Source of the DNA: Eledone cirrhosa
Taxonomy: Eukaryota
Length of the DNA: 64,000 nt
Direction: 5' to 3'
Assembly (NCBI GenBank): GCA_964016885.1
Contig: OZ024743.1
Location: forward strand, 165,602,001 to 165,666,000
In this document: positions 1-12,896 of the stretch, piece by piece
Numbering within the stretch: position 1 is the stretch's first letter
How the letters are laid out: each line of letters begins with the position of its first letter
The notes under the pieces: generated by a model
What the model was told of the DNA's origin: nothing
The model's input: the letters and a program-made list of their open reading frames with translations, nothing else
Databases searched by the model: none
Translations under genes and position numbers: made by a program

Positions 1-247
1 GGAACTACCATGAAGTCAAAGTGATCCCGATTGTCATAGGCGCACTGGGGACTATCTCCAAAGGTTTCCAGGGATGGTTAAAGAAAATCGGCCCCTTGAC
101 GCTTTTTGGAACGCTTCAAAAGGCATGCTTGCTTGGAACGGCAAGAACCCTCCGATACGTCCTGAATATCTGAGGCTGCAGGTAGTGGCTTGATATTCAA
201 TCCAACGGACTTTCCAGTTAACCAACATCAATGACTGAGATTCAAGG
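1..247 (+). mobile_element. 3' end of R4/Dong-type non-LTR retrotransposon (family B)
   Basis: Nearly identical to 12724-12970: ORF end KACLLGTARTLRYVLNI*, 3' UTR, then AATAACAATAAC(AAT)n tail. Confidence 0.92.
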
Positions 248-259
248 AATAACAATAAC

Positions 260-290
<31 letters not shown>

Positions 291-303
291 TAATAATAAT
301 AAT
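248..303. repeat. (AAT)n tail/target microsatellite
   Basis: Seen directly between Dong 3' end (+) and Tx1 3' end (-). Confidence 0.97.
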
Positions 304-546
304 GTTTTCTTTATTAACCACAAGGGTTTACATAAAGAAGACATTAAGGACAGTACAGGACAATACAGGACGGTACAAATGGGCATTTCTGCGTGTAAAA
401 AAACAGAGGATGTAATAAAATAACAAAGAAAAATTCCCCAATAGGGGGGAGACTTCCGAGGGACATGTGTGGAGAAAGCCCATTAAAAGACCACAGTGAC
501 CCTGACCACCAGGGCAAGTGCCCTCTCCCAGTTTTCCACCTTTAAT

Positions 547-3500
547 TTACAGACACATACTCAGAGAAGGCCCATTCATTCGGGCCATACTTGCTTCTCT
601 CACCCATCTTTCAACAAAATGCTGGGAAGAGAGCACTTCCCTCTCTACCCTGACTTTCCTTTTCAAATGAAATTTGAAAAAGTTAATCAGGGCATCACCG
701 AAGAGGTAAGTGCTCGTCTTCAGCCCTTTCAAACGTGTCCACCATACTATCTCTTTCGCCATGGCCACCAGACAGATAAAAACTGCCTGCCCTTCCCGGC
801 TAAAGGAAGAGGGCGGGACAATCCTCACGATGGACTCAGCTGATAGCTGGATCCGTCCTACACGTGACAGCAGGTGTTCGACATAAACCCACAAGTCAGC
901 AATGCTCGGACACTGGACGAGTGCTTGCAGGACGGTTTCGTCGCCCTGTGCGCATCTCGGACATGCCCGGCTGACGGCACCTCCATGCCTGTAGAGTTTA
1001 TCCCGAACTGGCAAAGCTACCCGGTAGCACTGCCAGGCCAGGGATTTCTGGAAGTTGTCCATAGGCCTCGGCCCGAAAGTCCTTCCGAAGAGATTGGCTA
1101 GTTGATTTTCGTCGACGCCTAGAGTTTCTCCAAGTACGTCGTCGCTCTTCCCCTCCACTAATCCCCTATAGAACGCCAAGGTGGAGTTTCCACCGATCAC
1201 ATTGCCCGACTGGTCGAGGGCTGTAAGCGCCTGAAGACATTCCAGTCTCCAAGCGCTCCCTCTCGGTCTTCGCTTGACCCAGGACTGCAGCTCCGTCAAG
1301 GAGACGAGCTGGGGACAAACGTGTCTTGCAAACGGCGACCACACCTGACCACCGTCGAGGAAGAGGTGGAGATGTCATAGCCTGAGCGCGTGTCTGCGCA
1401 TCATCAGCCACGGCATGCCCAGCCCTCCACGTAGCGGGCGTTGACAGCAGATGGACCGCCTGACCATCGGAGCGCGTCCCTTCCACAAGAAGCGAAAGAG
1501 CAAACGCTCCAGCGCATTCAGGCGCAGCTTAGGAAAAGGTACGACGGTCAGGCGGTAGCAGATGACAGACGCGATGTACGCCTAAGCCACCTCCGCTCGA
1601 CCTTTCAGGGATAGCTTCCTCTCGGCCCATTTCTGGGTGAGAGAAGCCACCCTGCTCGTCACCTCGTCCCAGTTTTTGTCCGTCTGGAGGTCTGGACCGA
1701 ACCAGACCCCTAGCAATTTAACCGGTCCGTCCGTCCAGCGCCCGACGACGCTGTTGGGCGGCATGGACCTGCCTCTCCAGGTGCCGAGCTGCAGGCCCAC
1801 TGACTTTTCCTGGTTGATCATTGCTCCTGTCACCGCTTCGTATTCTCTTAGTGTAGTGCCGAAAGCCTCGATGTGTTTGGCGTTCGACACCACTACGGTG
1901 ACATCGTCGGCATATGCTGACACGGATATTCCGCATCCTAGTTCGCGCGGGACCTTCCTCAACGTCTCCAGTTTGTGCAGTAATGGCTCGAGAGTCAATA
2001 CGTACAATAGGGACGAGAGGGGACATCCTTGGCGGACCGAGCGCATGATGTTGAACGGTTCCGAAAGGTGACTGTTCACTCTCACTACAGAGCAGATGTC
2101 GCTGTGCATGGCAGCGATCCAGCCTCTGAAGACGGGCCCAAAGCCAGCGGCCCTCAGGACTGCCGCTAGGTAACGATGGTCGACCCTATCGAAGGCTTTC
2201 AACTGATCTAAATTGATCAAAGACCCACCCGTGCCAGGTTCCCTAGCTACCCTCTCTACGATGTATCGCATGAGGTGGAGGTTGTCGTGGATGGATCTGT
2301 CGGGAATGGCGCATGTCTGTGCCTCTCCCACCAGACCACTAACGACAAGCGCCAACCTCTTTGCCAGCATCTTGGCCAAAATCTTGAACTCTGTGTTTAG
2401 CAGAGTTATGGGCCTAAAATTATCTATGTTATCCCCCTTGTTCGGATCCTTTCTCAGCAGCGCCACCGCTCCTCGGCTCACAAAGCTGGGAATTCTCCCG
2501 TTCTGTTGCCAGTTGCAGTAGACGTCCGCCAAGAGGCCTCCGAACAAGTCTGGCATTTGTACGTAAAGTTCATAGGGCAGACCATCCAAACCAGGCGATT
2601 TACCCCTTATGCAACTAGTCATTGCATCCCGTACTTCAGCTGTTGTTATCGGCTTTTCGCAACACTCCGCCTCAGTGGCCGAAAGCCGCGGCAGTCCGTC
2701 GAGGTAGACACTAAAGTCCATCCCTCGATCCGGCCCGCCACTGCCCCCGAACAGTTGAGCGAAGTGTCGCTGAAAAGCTTCACACATTTGCCCGGGATCG
2801 AGTAGCATGCGCCCGTCGTGGTCCACCAAAGACCGGATCGTGGCTTTGTTGCCACGACGCGCCCCCGCCACTCAGGCCCATTGAACGGCTTTCGTCCCCT
2901 CGTGTCTGAGAGCACGCACCCTAGCTCTGACAACGCAGCCTTCGTGCTTTGCATTGAAGAATTGGTCAAGGGCCAATTTCGCCGCAAGTACGTCGGTCGC
3001 GATGCCTTTGCTAAGCGCCTCGTCTAATTTTCTAACTAATTGTCCCTCTGCTCTATTTTTCTCTATTGCTAAAGTCTTACTAAACCTAATGGACTCTATT
3101 CTAATTGCTCTTTTCAGAGCAAACCACCACTTGTTGACGATGGCCCCCGTCAACGCCCGCTTAACTAGTTCGCTAATCCGGTCTCTGTAGGCCATGCGCG
3201 CTGGTAAGGACGCGTTTATCTTCCAGTAGCCGGGTCCTCGTCTATGAAGCCTATCTAAGTCAAGCACACAGATCACGAATTTCTGGTCCGTATAGCTGAC
3301 TATCTTGAATTGTGGACAGCCTATGCTAGACCTATCTATTTCCCTACAAAATACTCTATCTAGATATGATCTGGATGACCCTATGCGATTTGTCCAAGTC
3401 CACATTGGTACATTCGGGAAATCCAATCGGTACCTGTCAGACAGTTCAAAACGTCTGAGCAGGTTGGTGAGACTCTTGCACCCTCCTTCCCTATCCACTA

Positions 3501-3963
3501 ATCCCACACAATCCCAGCGTGCATCTAAGATCCCGTTCCAGTCGCCCACTAACACTAGAGAGCGGCACGTTCCAAGAAAGGTCTCCAGACGCCGGAAGAA
3601 ATCAGGCCGCCCTGCTCCTGTCGGGGCATAGACGGCCACTAACCTGAAAGCTTGCCCGTCTCCGCTGGTCACGTCCAGCACCACCAACTTACCTTCTGGG
3701 TCCAGGAAGATGGCCCGTATGGCAAGATCCAAACCTCTCCGAAAAAGCACAGCAACTCCTCCCCCCGATCCCGGACGGCTGGGAGATGCGTACACATCGT
3801 AGCCGCCGAAGATCGGTGCGAAGGCCCGTGCTTCGGAGATTCTGGTCTCGCTGATGGCCACTACATCTATGTTTAGTGACCTGAGGTCGTTGAGCAGGTG
3901 GCCCTGCTTCCATGACGACCCCAAGCCACGCGCATTTATGCTGCCTATTCTGAGTGAGGTCAT
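547..3963 (-). pseudogene. Tx1/L1 ORF2 (APE endonuclease, RT, C-terminal Cys motif) with 3 in-frame stops
   Basis: APE motifs SINARGL, ISET, VGDWN, SYLDRVF; RT KSPGLDG, NFRPITLLN, RQGCPLS, AYADD; CPRCAQGDET; one frame with stops at 2872, 1582 and 1375. Confidence 0.92.
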
Positions 3964-3997
3964 GTTGAAAAGGAGTGGAAAAGATGGGAAAGACCAC

Positions 3998-5898
3998 TTA
4001 CCTTACTTCTCGTAGGGGAAGGACGGTTTTTCCATCCTTTTCACTGCTTGTGGCCTCCTCAGGAAGGATGTCCTTATAAATCCTACTGGAGAGTGCTTGT
4101 CGGAAGTCTCCGATGTCTTTGGGGAGTTTTTGTTTTAGTGTCATGTACGTTTTCTGTGTGATGCGAGTGATTTGTATGTGTGGAGGTGGTGTGAATTTTG
4201 GGGTTGTTGCGTAGTCTTTTTCTGTGATGCTGGTGTTGTGTTGGATGTAGTGTAATAATTGCTTGTTGTTCAAATTTAATTGTTTCTACTTTAGGCACAA
4301 GGCCAGCAATTATCCAGTGCATTACTGGTACTTTATTTTATCGACCCCGTAAGGATGAAAGGCAAAGTCAACCTCGGCGGGATTTGAACTCAGATCGTAA
4401 AGGGACGTAACTATGCTGGAAAGCATGGCGTCCGACCCTCTACCGATACTGCCAATCCACCGCCTGTTGTTCAAATTTAATGCTGTGTAGTGTGTATCGT
4501 TTTGGTTGTTTTGTTTGCGTTTGTTGTGGGTTTGTTTCTGTTTCGCATTTTGGTGACTTTTGTGGTGTAGGTGATGGTGGTGTTGGGGTTAATGATGGTG
4601 ATGGTGTTGGTGTTTGGGTTGATGGGGTTGGTGATGCTGGTGTGGATGGTGGCATATCTGTCCTAACTTTTTTGTTTGTTAATTTATTTGTTTCCCTCTG
4701 TATTTTGTTTTTGGAGGGGAAAGGAAGAGAATTTTTTTCTTTTTTGGTTTCTTTTTTTTTTCCTGATACCGTTTCCCACTCCTCGTCGTCACAATCTGTC
4801 TCCAGTTGTGAAAGGCCGGGGAGTGGAAAATCCTTCACAGGCGTTAGTTTTGGTTGTGGCGTGGTGGATGGTGTAGGCGCTGGTGCTAGTTCTGAAGCGT
4901 TGGGTGGTGGTGGTGTTGGTTTTGCTGGTGGTGGTGGTGTTGGTTTTGCTACTGTTGCTGGGGTTGTTGCTGTTATAGCTGCTTCTGTTGTTGCTGCTAC
5001 AGTTGTTGCTGCCATCTCTGCTGCTGGTGGTGTTGATGGTTGTGTCACTGGGGTGGGTAGGAGAGGTGGCCTCAACCTTTTAGCCTGAGGGCAGAAAGCC
5101 CTTAGGTGGGTTCATTCACCACAAACGACGCACCTAGGCCTTCTGCCCTCGACAATTACGGTGAGGTGGCTGCCGTCAGTGAGGTCTATTACCTCTGGGA
5201 TCTCCTCAATGCTTTTTTGGTCCGCTTGGATCAGGAGCTCCATCCCAGATCTGGACCAGTTCTCCTGCTTTTCTTTTGCTATTGCTATTATTTTGGGGTT
5301 GGCTTCGATGCCAGCGAGGACGGCCGCTAGTAGCCAGGGAATTTCGATGGCCGGTGGAACGTGGGTCACCCTGATCTTTACGAGTCTCTGGCCACAATAG
5401 CTTGGGACGAGTGTGAAGTCGTCACTTCTTAATGGGGCCATGGAGTGTTCTCTAGCCTCCTCTGGTGTTTCAAAGAACACGTCCACGGTTCCATACTTCT
5501 GCCCACGTCTGATGTGGGTTTTTCTTCCCCACACATGTCCCAAAGCTTTTTGGATTTGGGACTCGGATTCCCGTTCCACTCGGCGCGATTTTACATTTAT
5601 TGTTCGATACGACACAGTGCATAGGCGCCGATGCTCCATTTTATTAGGTGGGGGGGGGGAGGCTCACCCTGTACCCATCTTTCTTTACCATATGTTTGGC
5701 ATTTTCTAAATCCTCCTGAGTTACCGTAAATGCTTCGAACTGTTTTGCTACTCTGGCAAAACTCAGGGTGGTTTTTTTAATGTCATTGTTGTTGTTGTTG
5801 CTATCGTTATTTTTGTTATTATTAATTTTATTTTCAGTTGTGGTGGTGGTGACGTCAGTCGTCTTTGGTGGGGAAGTGTCCATTTTGCTTGATTTCAT
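3998..5898 (-). pseudogene. Tx1/L1 ORF1 (gag-like), disrupted
   Basis: CVVCGE*THLRAFC = CX2CX4HX4C with a stop at 5112; Pro/Thr-rich tail; frameshift at G run near 5650; SINE insertion. Confidence 0.75.
4281..4464 (-). mobile_element. tRNA-derived SINE inserted in ORF1, 17-bp TSD
   Basis: B-box GAGTTCAAATCC; central GCCTTTCATCCTTACGGGGTCGATAAAATAAAGTACCAG; TSD TGTTGTTCAAATTTAAT at 4264-4280 and 4465-4481. Confidence 0.93.
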
Positions 5899-6424
5899 TT
5901 CGACATCACGAGTTAATTTATTTTTTTCTTCTTTTGTTTCTGTTGTCGCGGTGGTGGTGGAGGGGGGGGGGTTGTCCCGGTAGTGGTGGGGGTGGTGGTT
6001 GTCGCGGTGGTGGTGGGGGTGGAGGCTTTAACACCTGCAGTCATTGGTAATGGCGGGAAATGAATGTCTGCCTGAGACAAATTTAAAATATTGCTACTGC
6101 TTATATTTTTTTTAGTGTTGGCAAACGTAGTAACATTTACAATGGTGGTGTCGGTGTGAGGTGTTAATTTGTGAGAAAGGCTTTCAGCTGCTTGGTGCAG
6201 TGGTGAATTAGCCATTTTTTTTTTCAAAGAAATTTTTTGATAATCATAAAAGTTAAAATTTTGGGCACAAGGCCCCAATCTTTTTGGGTGTCCTTTTCGG
6301 AAAACAATGTATGTGCGCTTATATATAGTTAACAATAAAATTTTCCATAAATGGCAATTTTTAACAAACGGAAATAACAAACTTTGCGGAGCTCACGATG
6401 ATACGATTTACTACGTAGGTCGCC

Positions 6425-6495
<71 letters not shown>
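6425..6495. repeat. (AAT)n microsatellite
   Basis: Seen directly. Confidence 0.97.
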
Positions 6496-6496
<1 letters not shown>

Positions 6497-9400
6497 GCAA
6501 TGCTCACATTAAGGAACCACTCATGATAATAACAATTTAAAAAAAACAACAAAAAGAAAACCCCGTGACCAAGAAATACCGGGGTGGCGGCCGGCGGGGA
6601 ATAGCCATGTCTCTAGGGGAGAACGACCCCTCTAGTCTTGGTTGACACTCGTTCTAGAAGTGGTAACACGAAAAGATTACCCCTTGGCGGATAAGGATAA
6701 AACGCGACAAAATAAAGTAGATGTCTAATGATGAAATCTCATACCGGATCGGCCGTCACCCGGGTAAAAAAGGGCCGCGTCCCTCAGAGAGGAACCAGAC
6801 TGGGGTCGAAAAATCAGCTAATGGTTCAAACCTTCCCATCACTTCGGAGCTGGAGACCTCCCATAACCGGAATACTCCTACTGTTGGCCCTCCATGCTCA
6901 CCACCAAGAAATCCAAAGAAAAAGAGAGAAAAATGGTCAAGGGAAGATAATAAAGAAGTCCTTGGGGCTTTCTACACTGCCATGTACTACCCGTCAAATA
7001 CATCGAATACAGAGCAAACATATATCAACTGGAAAAAGAAACATCCCGAAAACAGAGGCTATATTGACAGTAACAAACTAGCCAATATACGAAGAAATAT
7101 TGTAAGAAAAAAGTTACTAACTGATATAGAAATTGATCAGATCAAGCTAGTAGCACAAAGTCAGCGAAGGGAAAATGAAGCATGTGTCAGTGAAAACGAG
7201 GTAAACTGTAACACTTCGAATCCCAGAGTTGGGGCGGAATCACTGGCAACAGAACAAATTAAAGAAAGGAGCGAAAAAGTGGAGGGAGTGCATGCTCAGG
7301 ATGAAACTCCAAATGAAAATAATGAGATCGTAAATGATAAAGAAATGAATGAGAATGAACTTGCCAACTTGAAGGATGAAATTATGATCGAATGGATGAA
7401 AATGAAAGAATCTGACATGGAGGAACGAGACACCCTCCCTAAGATCCAGAACTCCAAACAGAACCAAAAGATAATACACAAGACTAACATAATTCTCAAA
7501 AACATTATCATCACAAACAAAATAAACATTACTGACTTAAATCATCTCTATTATGCATCGGCTAAAGTCACCACTCACTTATGTGGAGTGAAGATGAAAA
7601 AACAAAGGAATTCCCACAAGAAATCTACTTGGCAAGATAACATCAATCGCCAAATAAACCTTCTCCGATCTGACATAGAAATTTTAACAAACTATAAAGT
7701 AGGTGAACATGTTAAACAAACTAAACTTAGAAAATTGAAAAAAAAGTACAGTATAAGATCAACATGTGACATAGACATGCTGATAGAAACAATCAAGCAA
7801 AAAGTGTCGGCCAAAGCTGCTCGTATAAGGCGCTTTGAAAAACGATCTAGATTCTATAAGGACAATAATATGTTCAAAAACAACCAAAGAAACTTCTACA
7901 GAAAAATTGGTAAGTCAACAATAACTGCTAAATCAATACCACCCAAGGAGGAAGTGCAAGAATTCTGGGAAAAGATCTGGGCCGAAGAAAAAGTTCATAA
8001 CATACATGCCCCATGGATAGACAGACAAATGAAAGAAACAGCTCACCTTGAAGAACAAACATGGGAAAATATAACAGTTGAACAGCTGCGCTTGGCTCTA
8101 AGAAAAACCAGCAAATGGAAATCCCCAGGAAAAGACAAAATACAAAACTTTTGGATAAATGCCTTCACAGAGTCTCATGAGCTGTTAGCCCAACTTTACA
8201 ATGAAATAGTTAAGGAGCCAGAAAAGATACCATCATGGCTAGTTAACGGCATTACATTCCTGCTACCGAAGAATGATGAGACAAACAATCCCAAAAATTA
8301 CAGACCGATAACCTGCTTGACCACAATGTATAAAATTTTAACATCAGTCCTAACTGAATACACATATGACCACCTGATAACAAATGACCTATTTCCCATT
8401 GAGCAGAAAGGGTGTAAACGAGGCTCATATGGCTGTAAGGATCAGCTTCTGGTTAACAAAATTATACTGGAAGATTGTCATAATAGACACAAAAATCTAT
8501 CGATTGCTTGGATAGATTATAAAAAAGCATTTGATAGTTTGCCACACAGTTGGATTGAAAAATGTTTAGAGATTTTCAAAATATCCCCCGTTGTCAGGAG
8601 GTTTTTGTCATTCAGTATGAGGACATGGAGAACGACACTCCTTTTGAATAGTGAAACAAAATCACTGGAAGCTGGAGAAGTTAACATTAATTGTGGAATT
8701 TTTCAGGGTGACTCTTTATCACCGCTTTTATTCTGCATCGCACTTATACCATTAAGTAAAATGCTCAATGAAACAAACATGGATATAGAGTCTATGACAA
8801 AACCATTGATCACCTGTTCTACATGGATGACCTGAAACTATTCGCAAAAAATGATGAGCAATTGCAAGGGCTATTATCCACTGTGAAGCAGTTCAGTGAT
8901 GACATTAAAATGGAGTTTGGACTGGATAAATGCGCCAAAGCAACGTTCACCAGAGGAAAGCTGCTGAAGAGTTCAGACATTAATCTTGATCGGGGGAACG
9001 TGATAAGAGAGCTTGATCAAGAACAAACTTACAAATATCTAGATGTTTGTGAAGGAGACGGAATCAAGCACTCGACAATGAGGGAAAGGATAAGGAAGGA
9101 ATGTTACCGCAGAGTCAGAGCAATCTTAAGAACGGAATTGAATGCAAGGAATAGGATCGATGCCATGAACACGCTTGCCATACCAGTAGTAACCTATAGT
9201 TACAATGTCATCAACTGGTCAAGCACAGAGATCCGTAGGCTCGATACAAAAATCCGAAAATTCTTAACCATGCACAGAATGCATCACCCTAAGGGAGACA
9301 TAGATAGAATATATCTCCCTAGGAAAGAAGGAGGACGTGGGTTAATCCAGTTAGACATTGCGTTGAAAACTGCAACAATTGGATTATCCACATATCTAAG

Positions 9401-10526
9401 GGAATCACATGATTGGATGATCAAACTCGTTTTGAAACACGAAAGCACCAAAAGATCATATTCCATTACAAAAGATGCACAAAGATACAGTAATGGACTA
9501 CAAATTTCAGAAGTCCCATTTACTGCTGAAATGGAAAACACAGAAAAAGCAAAGCAGGTAAAAGTAACTGCAAAGAAAGAACTGCTACAGAAACTGGCTA
9601 AGAAATGGCAAGAAAAGCCTCTGTATGGAAAATACCCAGAGCGAGCTAACAATCCTGATGTTGACAAAACTTTAACCCATCAGTGGTTGGCATCCTCTGG
9701 ACTGAAATCGGAGACTGAAGGACTGATTATATCCGCACAAGATCGGTGTCTGCCAACAAAAAATTACCAAGCCAACATAATAAAAAATGGGTGCAGCCCA
9801 TTATGCCGTGTATGCAAAAAACAACCAGAGACCATTGACCATATAATTTCAATGTGCAGTCCTATAGCTCCAACCGAATACCTAAACAGGCATGACAGAG
9901 CTGCACAATACATACATTGGATAATGTGTAAGCATTTTGACCTGCCCCATCAAAAGAATTGGTGGGAGCATCAACCACCTCCCATACTTGAAAAAGATCA
10001 CATCTCAATCTTGTGGAACTTTAGCATCCAAACAGACCGAAAAATAGATGCAAATAGACCTGATATAATATTGAAGGACTTTCAAAGGAGGGTATGCCTG
10101 CTAATTGATATGTCTGTTCCAATAGACAAGAATGTATCTATAAAAACATTTGAAAAATTGAGCAAGTATAAGGACCTGGAGATAGAAATTGGAAAAATGT
10201 GGAAATTGAGAACTAAAACAATATCAGTGGTTGTAGGCGCTCTGGGAATGATACCTAAGGGGTCTAACGACTACTTATCGCAAATCCCAGGAAACCCGCG
10301 TATAGGAAAAATACAAAAGATAGTACTAATGGGAACTGCCCATATACTAAGGAAGATCCTGTCAATATAAGTACATCACAAGTCTAAACACTAAGGATGC
10401 ATGTGTGAATATGTGTGTTCTTTCTTGAACATGGCGGACCTTGTTGTCTCTTGAGGTCACTGGTTGTGACTTGGTGATAACTTGTATAAACATAAAGCAA
10501 GATAAATGCAAATAATAATAATAATA
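6496..10526 (+). mobile_element. R4/Dong-type non-LTR retrotransposon (family A), near full length
   Basis: Single long ORF with one frameshift, short 3' UTR, (AAT)n tail at 10511-10527; 5' limit approximate. Confidence 0.88.
6721..10370 (+). pseudogene. RT + CCHC + restriction-like endonuclease polyprotein, 1-nt frameshift near 8780
   Basis: NYRPITCL, WIDYKKAFDS, GIFQGDSLSP, HLFYMDD (in the shifted frame), CRVC..ETIDHIISMC, RPDII..LIDMSVP..EKLSKY. Confidence 0.92.
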
Positions 10527-12896
10527 ACCACAGTTCTGATAATGAAAGACCGAATCAAGGGTAATGATGTTACCAACTATAGACCTATCATAGCTAAAAC
10601 ATTCTGGAGAGGAATATGGGAGCAGGATGTTAGACACAATGCCCAGGCAGGGTGGATTGAGACAGTACAGAGGGAGATCGGTGAGCAGGCACAGCAACAG
10701 ACTGATTTGAGTATCACAGTTGAAACTCTTAAGGGGCAAGCCAAAAAACTAACCAACTGGAAATCACCAGGCCCAGATGGTGTGCAGGGGTATTGGATTA
10801 AACATTTAACATCCCTCCACCCGAAGCTGACGGCCATGTTCAATGACTGCTTGGTGTCGGGTGAGGTGCCAGAGTGGTTGACAAAAGGTACCACAGTTCT
10901 GATAATGAAAGACCGAATCAAGGGTAATGATGTTACCAACTATAGACCTATCACATGTCTGCCCGTAATGTGGAAACTGTTGACGAGCATTGTGTCTGAG
11001 GAAATCTACCATCACCTCCACACAAACAACTTGTTGCCGGACGAACAGAAAGGATGCCGAAAGAAGTCACGTGGTACAAAGGACCAGTTGCTTATTGATA
11101 AGATGGTAATGGGGAATTGCAGGAGGAGACACACTGATCTTGCCATGGGATGGATAGACTACAGAAAGGCATTTGACATGGTGCCTCATTCCTGGATCAC
11201 CAAAAGCCTGGAGATCTTCAGGGTGGCAGATAACATCAGACAGTTGCTGGGCAGGAGTATGGTGTCCTGGGAGACAGAGTTGACATCAACTGGAGTATCC
11301 TTGGGAAGCGTGAAGATCAAGAGAGGTATCTTCCAGGGAGATAGCCTGTCCCCTCTGTTGTTTGTCCTTGCCCTGATGCCCTTGACCATTATGCTGCGAA
11401 AAGTGAGAGCAGGATACAAGTTGGGAAGGGGAGAGCTTACCATCAATCACCTCCTCTTCATGGACGATCTTAAGCTCTTCGGGAAAAGTGAGAAGGAGTT
11501 GGATGTGCTTGTTGACACTGTCCGTATTTTCAGCAGTGATATATGTATGCAGTTTGGTATTGGTAAATGTGGAGTCATTGTGATGAGGAGGGGTAGGTTG
11601 AGCAGAAGTAACGGGATCCAGATACCAACAGGTGAGATGATAAAGGAAATTGACTCTGAGGAAGGATACAAGTATTTGGGCGTTCTGGAGGCTGATGGCA
11701 TAAAGAACAAACAAATGAAGGAATTGTTAAGAACTGAATACATTCGGAGAGTAAGGAGCGTATTGAAGTCACATCTGAACAGCAGAAATGCCATAAGCGC
11801 AGTAAATTCCCGAGCTGTGTCTATTATTAGGTACAGTGCGGGAATTCTGAGATGGAATGTTGCTGAACAAAAAGAAATGGATAGGAAGACTAGGAAGCTA
11901 TTGACTATCTACAACATGTTCCACAAGAGGAGTGATGTCGATAGACTCTACCTAAGGAGATCTGAGGGTGGAAGAGGTCTTATCAGCATAGAGGACTGTG
12001 TTCAGATGGAGAAAAACAACCTATACAAATACGTGACCTATAGTAAGGAGCCAATGCTCAGAGCTGTACTGAAGGAGGGGACAGTAGGCCAGGGGATACC
12101 CAAGGAGGAAATAACATCAAGGAGGAAGAGCAGCCTTAAGGGAAAATCCCTTCATAGTACCTTCTTTGAGAAAACTGAATTTAGAGATCCACAGACATGG
12201 AACTGGTTGAGAAGAGGAGACCTCAAAAAGGCTACAGAAGGAATGCTAATGGCTGCGCAGGAGCAGGCCCTCAAAACGAAGTGGTTGAAGCACCATATCT
12301 ACAAGGAGGAGGCTAGCCCACTGTGCAGGATCTGTGGAGAGAGAGAGGAGACTGTGGCTCACATTGTGTCCGAGTGTAAACACCTAGCCCAGACCCACTA
12401 TAAGGGCTGGAGACACGATGTGATGGGCAGGGTGATCCACTGGCACCTGTGCAAAGTAAACAATCTACCACATTCTGAGAAATGGTATGAGCATAGGCCA
12501 GAGGCGGTGATGGAGAACAGTCAGGTGAAGGTGCTGTGGGATTTTAGGATACAGACGGACAAAAAACTGGAACACAATAGACCTGACCTGGTGGTTGTGG
12601 ACAAAGAAAAAAGATCGTACCTGATTGTGGATGTGGCCTGCCCGTTCGACACGAGAGTGCAAGAGAAGGAGAGGGAGAAAATTAACCGATACCAGGACCT
12701 AAAGTGGGAGGTGAAAAGGATTTGGAACTGCCATGAAGTCAAAGTGATCCCGATTGTGATAGGCGCACTGGGGACTATCTCCAAAGGTTTCCAGGGATGG
12801 TTAAAGAAAATCGGCCCCTTCACGCTTTTTGGAACGCTTCAAAAGGCATGCTTGCTTGGAACGGCAAGAACCCTCCGATACGTCCTGAATATCTGA
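10506..12896 (+). CDS. Open RT-RLE reading frame of the truncated Dong B copy (N-terminus chimeric)
   Basis: 796-aa ORF with HLLFMDD, CRICGEREETVAHIVSEC, RPDLVVVD..IVDVACP..EKINRY. Confidence 0.8.
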   Translation: MQIIIIITTVLIMKDRIKGNDVTNYRPIIAKTFWRGIWEQDVRHNAQAGWIETVQREIGEQAQQQTDLSITVETLKGQAKKLTNWKSPGPDGVQGYWIKHLTSLHPKLTAMFNDCLVSGEVPEWLTKGTTVLIMKDRIKGNDVTNYRPITCLPVMWKLLTSIVSEEIYHHLHTNNLLPDEQKGCRKKSRGTKDQLLIDKMVMGNCRRRHTDLAMGWIDYRKAFDMVPHSWITKSLEIFRVADNIRQLLGRSMVSWETELTSTGVSLGSVKIKRGIFQGDSLSPLLFVLALMPLTIMLRKVRAGYKLGRGELTINHLLFMDDLKLFGKSEKELDVLVDTVRIFSSDICMQFGIGKCGVIVMRRGRLSRSNGIQIPTGEMIKEIDSEEGYKYLGVLEADGIKNKQMKELLRTEYIRRVRSVLKSHLNSRNAISAVNSRAVSIIRYSAGILRWNVAEQKEMDRKTRKLLTIYNMFHKRSDVDRLYLRRSEGGRGLISIEDCVQMEKNNLYKYVTYSKEPMLRAVLKEGTVGQGIPKEEITSRRKSSLKGKSLHSTFFEKTEFRDPQTWNWLRRGDLKKATEGMLMAAQEQALKTKWLKHHIYKEEASPLCRICGEREETVAHIVSECKHLAQTHYKGWRHDVMGRVIHWHLCKVNNLPHSEKWYEHRPEAVMENSQVKVLWDFRIQTDKKLEHNRPDLVVVDKEKRSYLIVDVACPFDTRVQEKEREKINRYQDLKWEVKRIWNCHEVKVIPIVIGALGTISKGFQGWLKKIGPFTLFGTLQKACLLGTARTLRYVLNI

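Larger units (their letters stand above)
304..6424 (-). mobile_element. Near full-length Tx1/L1-clade LINE, flanked by (AAT)n on both sides
   Basis: ORF1 with CCHC knuckle, ORF2 APE+RT, AATAAA near 3' end; 5' boundary inferred from start of (AAT)n at 6425. Confidence 0.85.

Noticed and set aside
4480-5088. 202-aa G/V-rich plus-strand ORF
   Set aside because: Antisense shadow of the Pro/Thr-rich Tx1 ORF1
6589-6595. HDV ribozyme P1-like GGCCGGC
   Set aside because: No complementary P1 strand or P3/L3 found downstream
8770-8830. Programmed frameshift between the two Dong A ORFs
   Set aside because: The break lies inside RT, there is no slippery site, and family B is continuous here; more likely a 1-nt deletion or sequencing error
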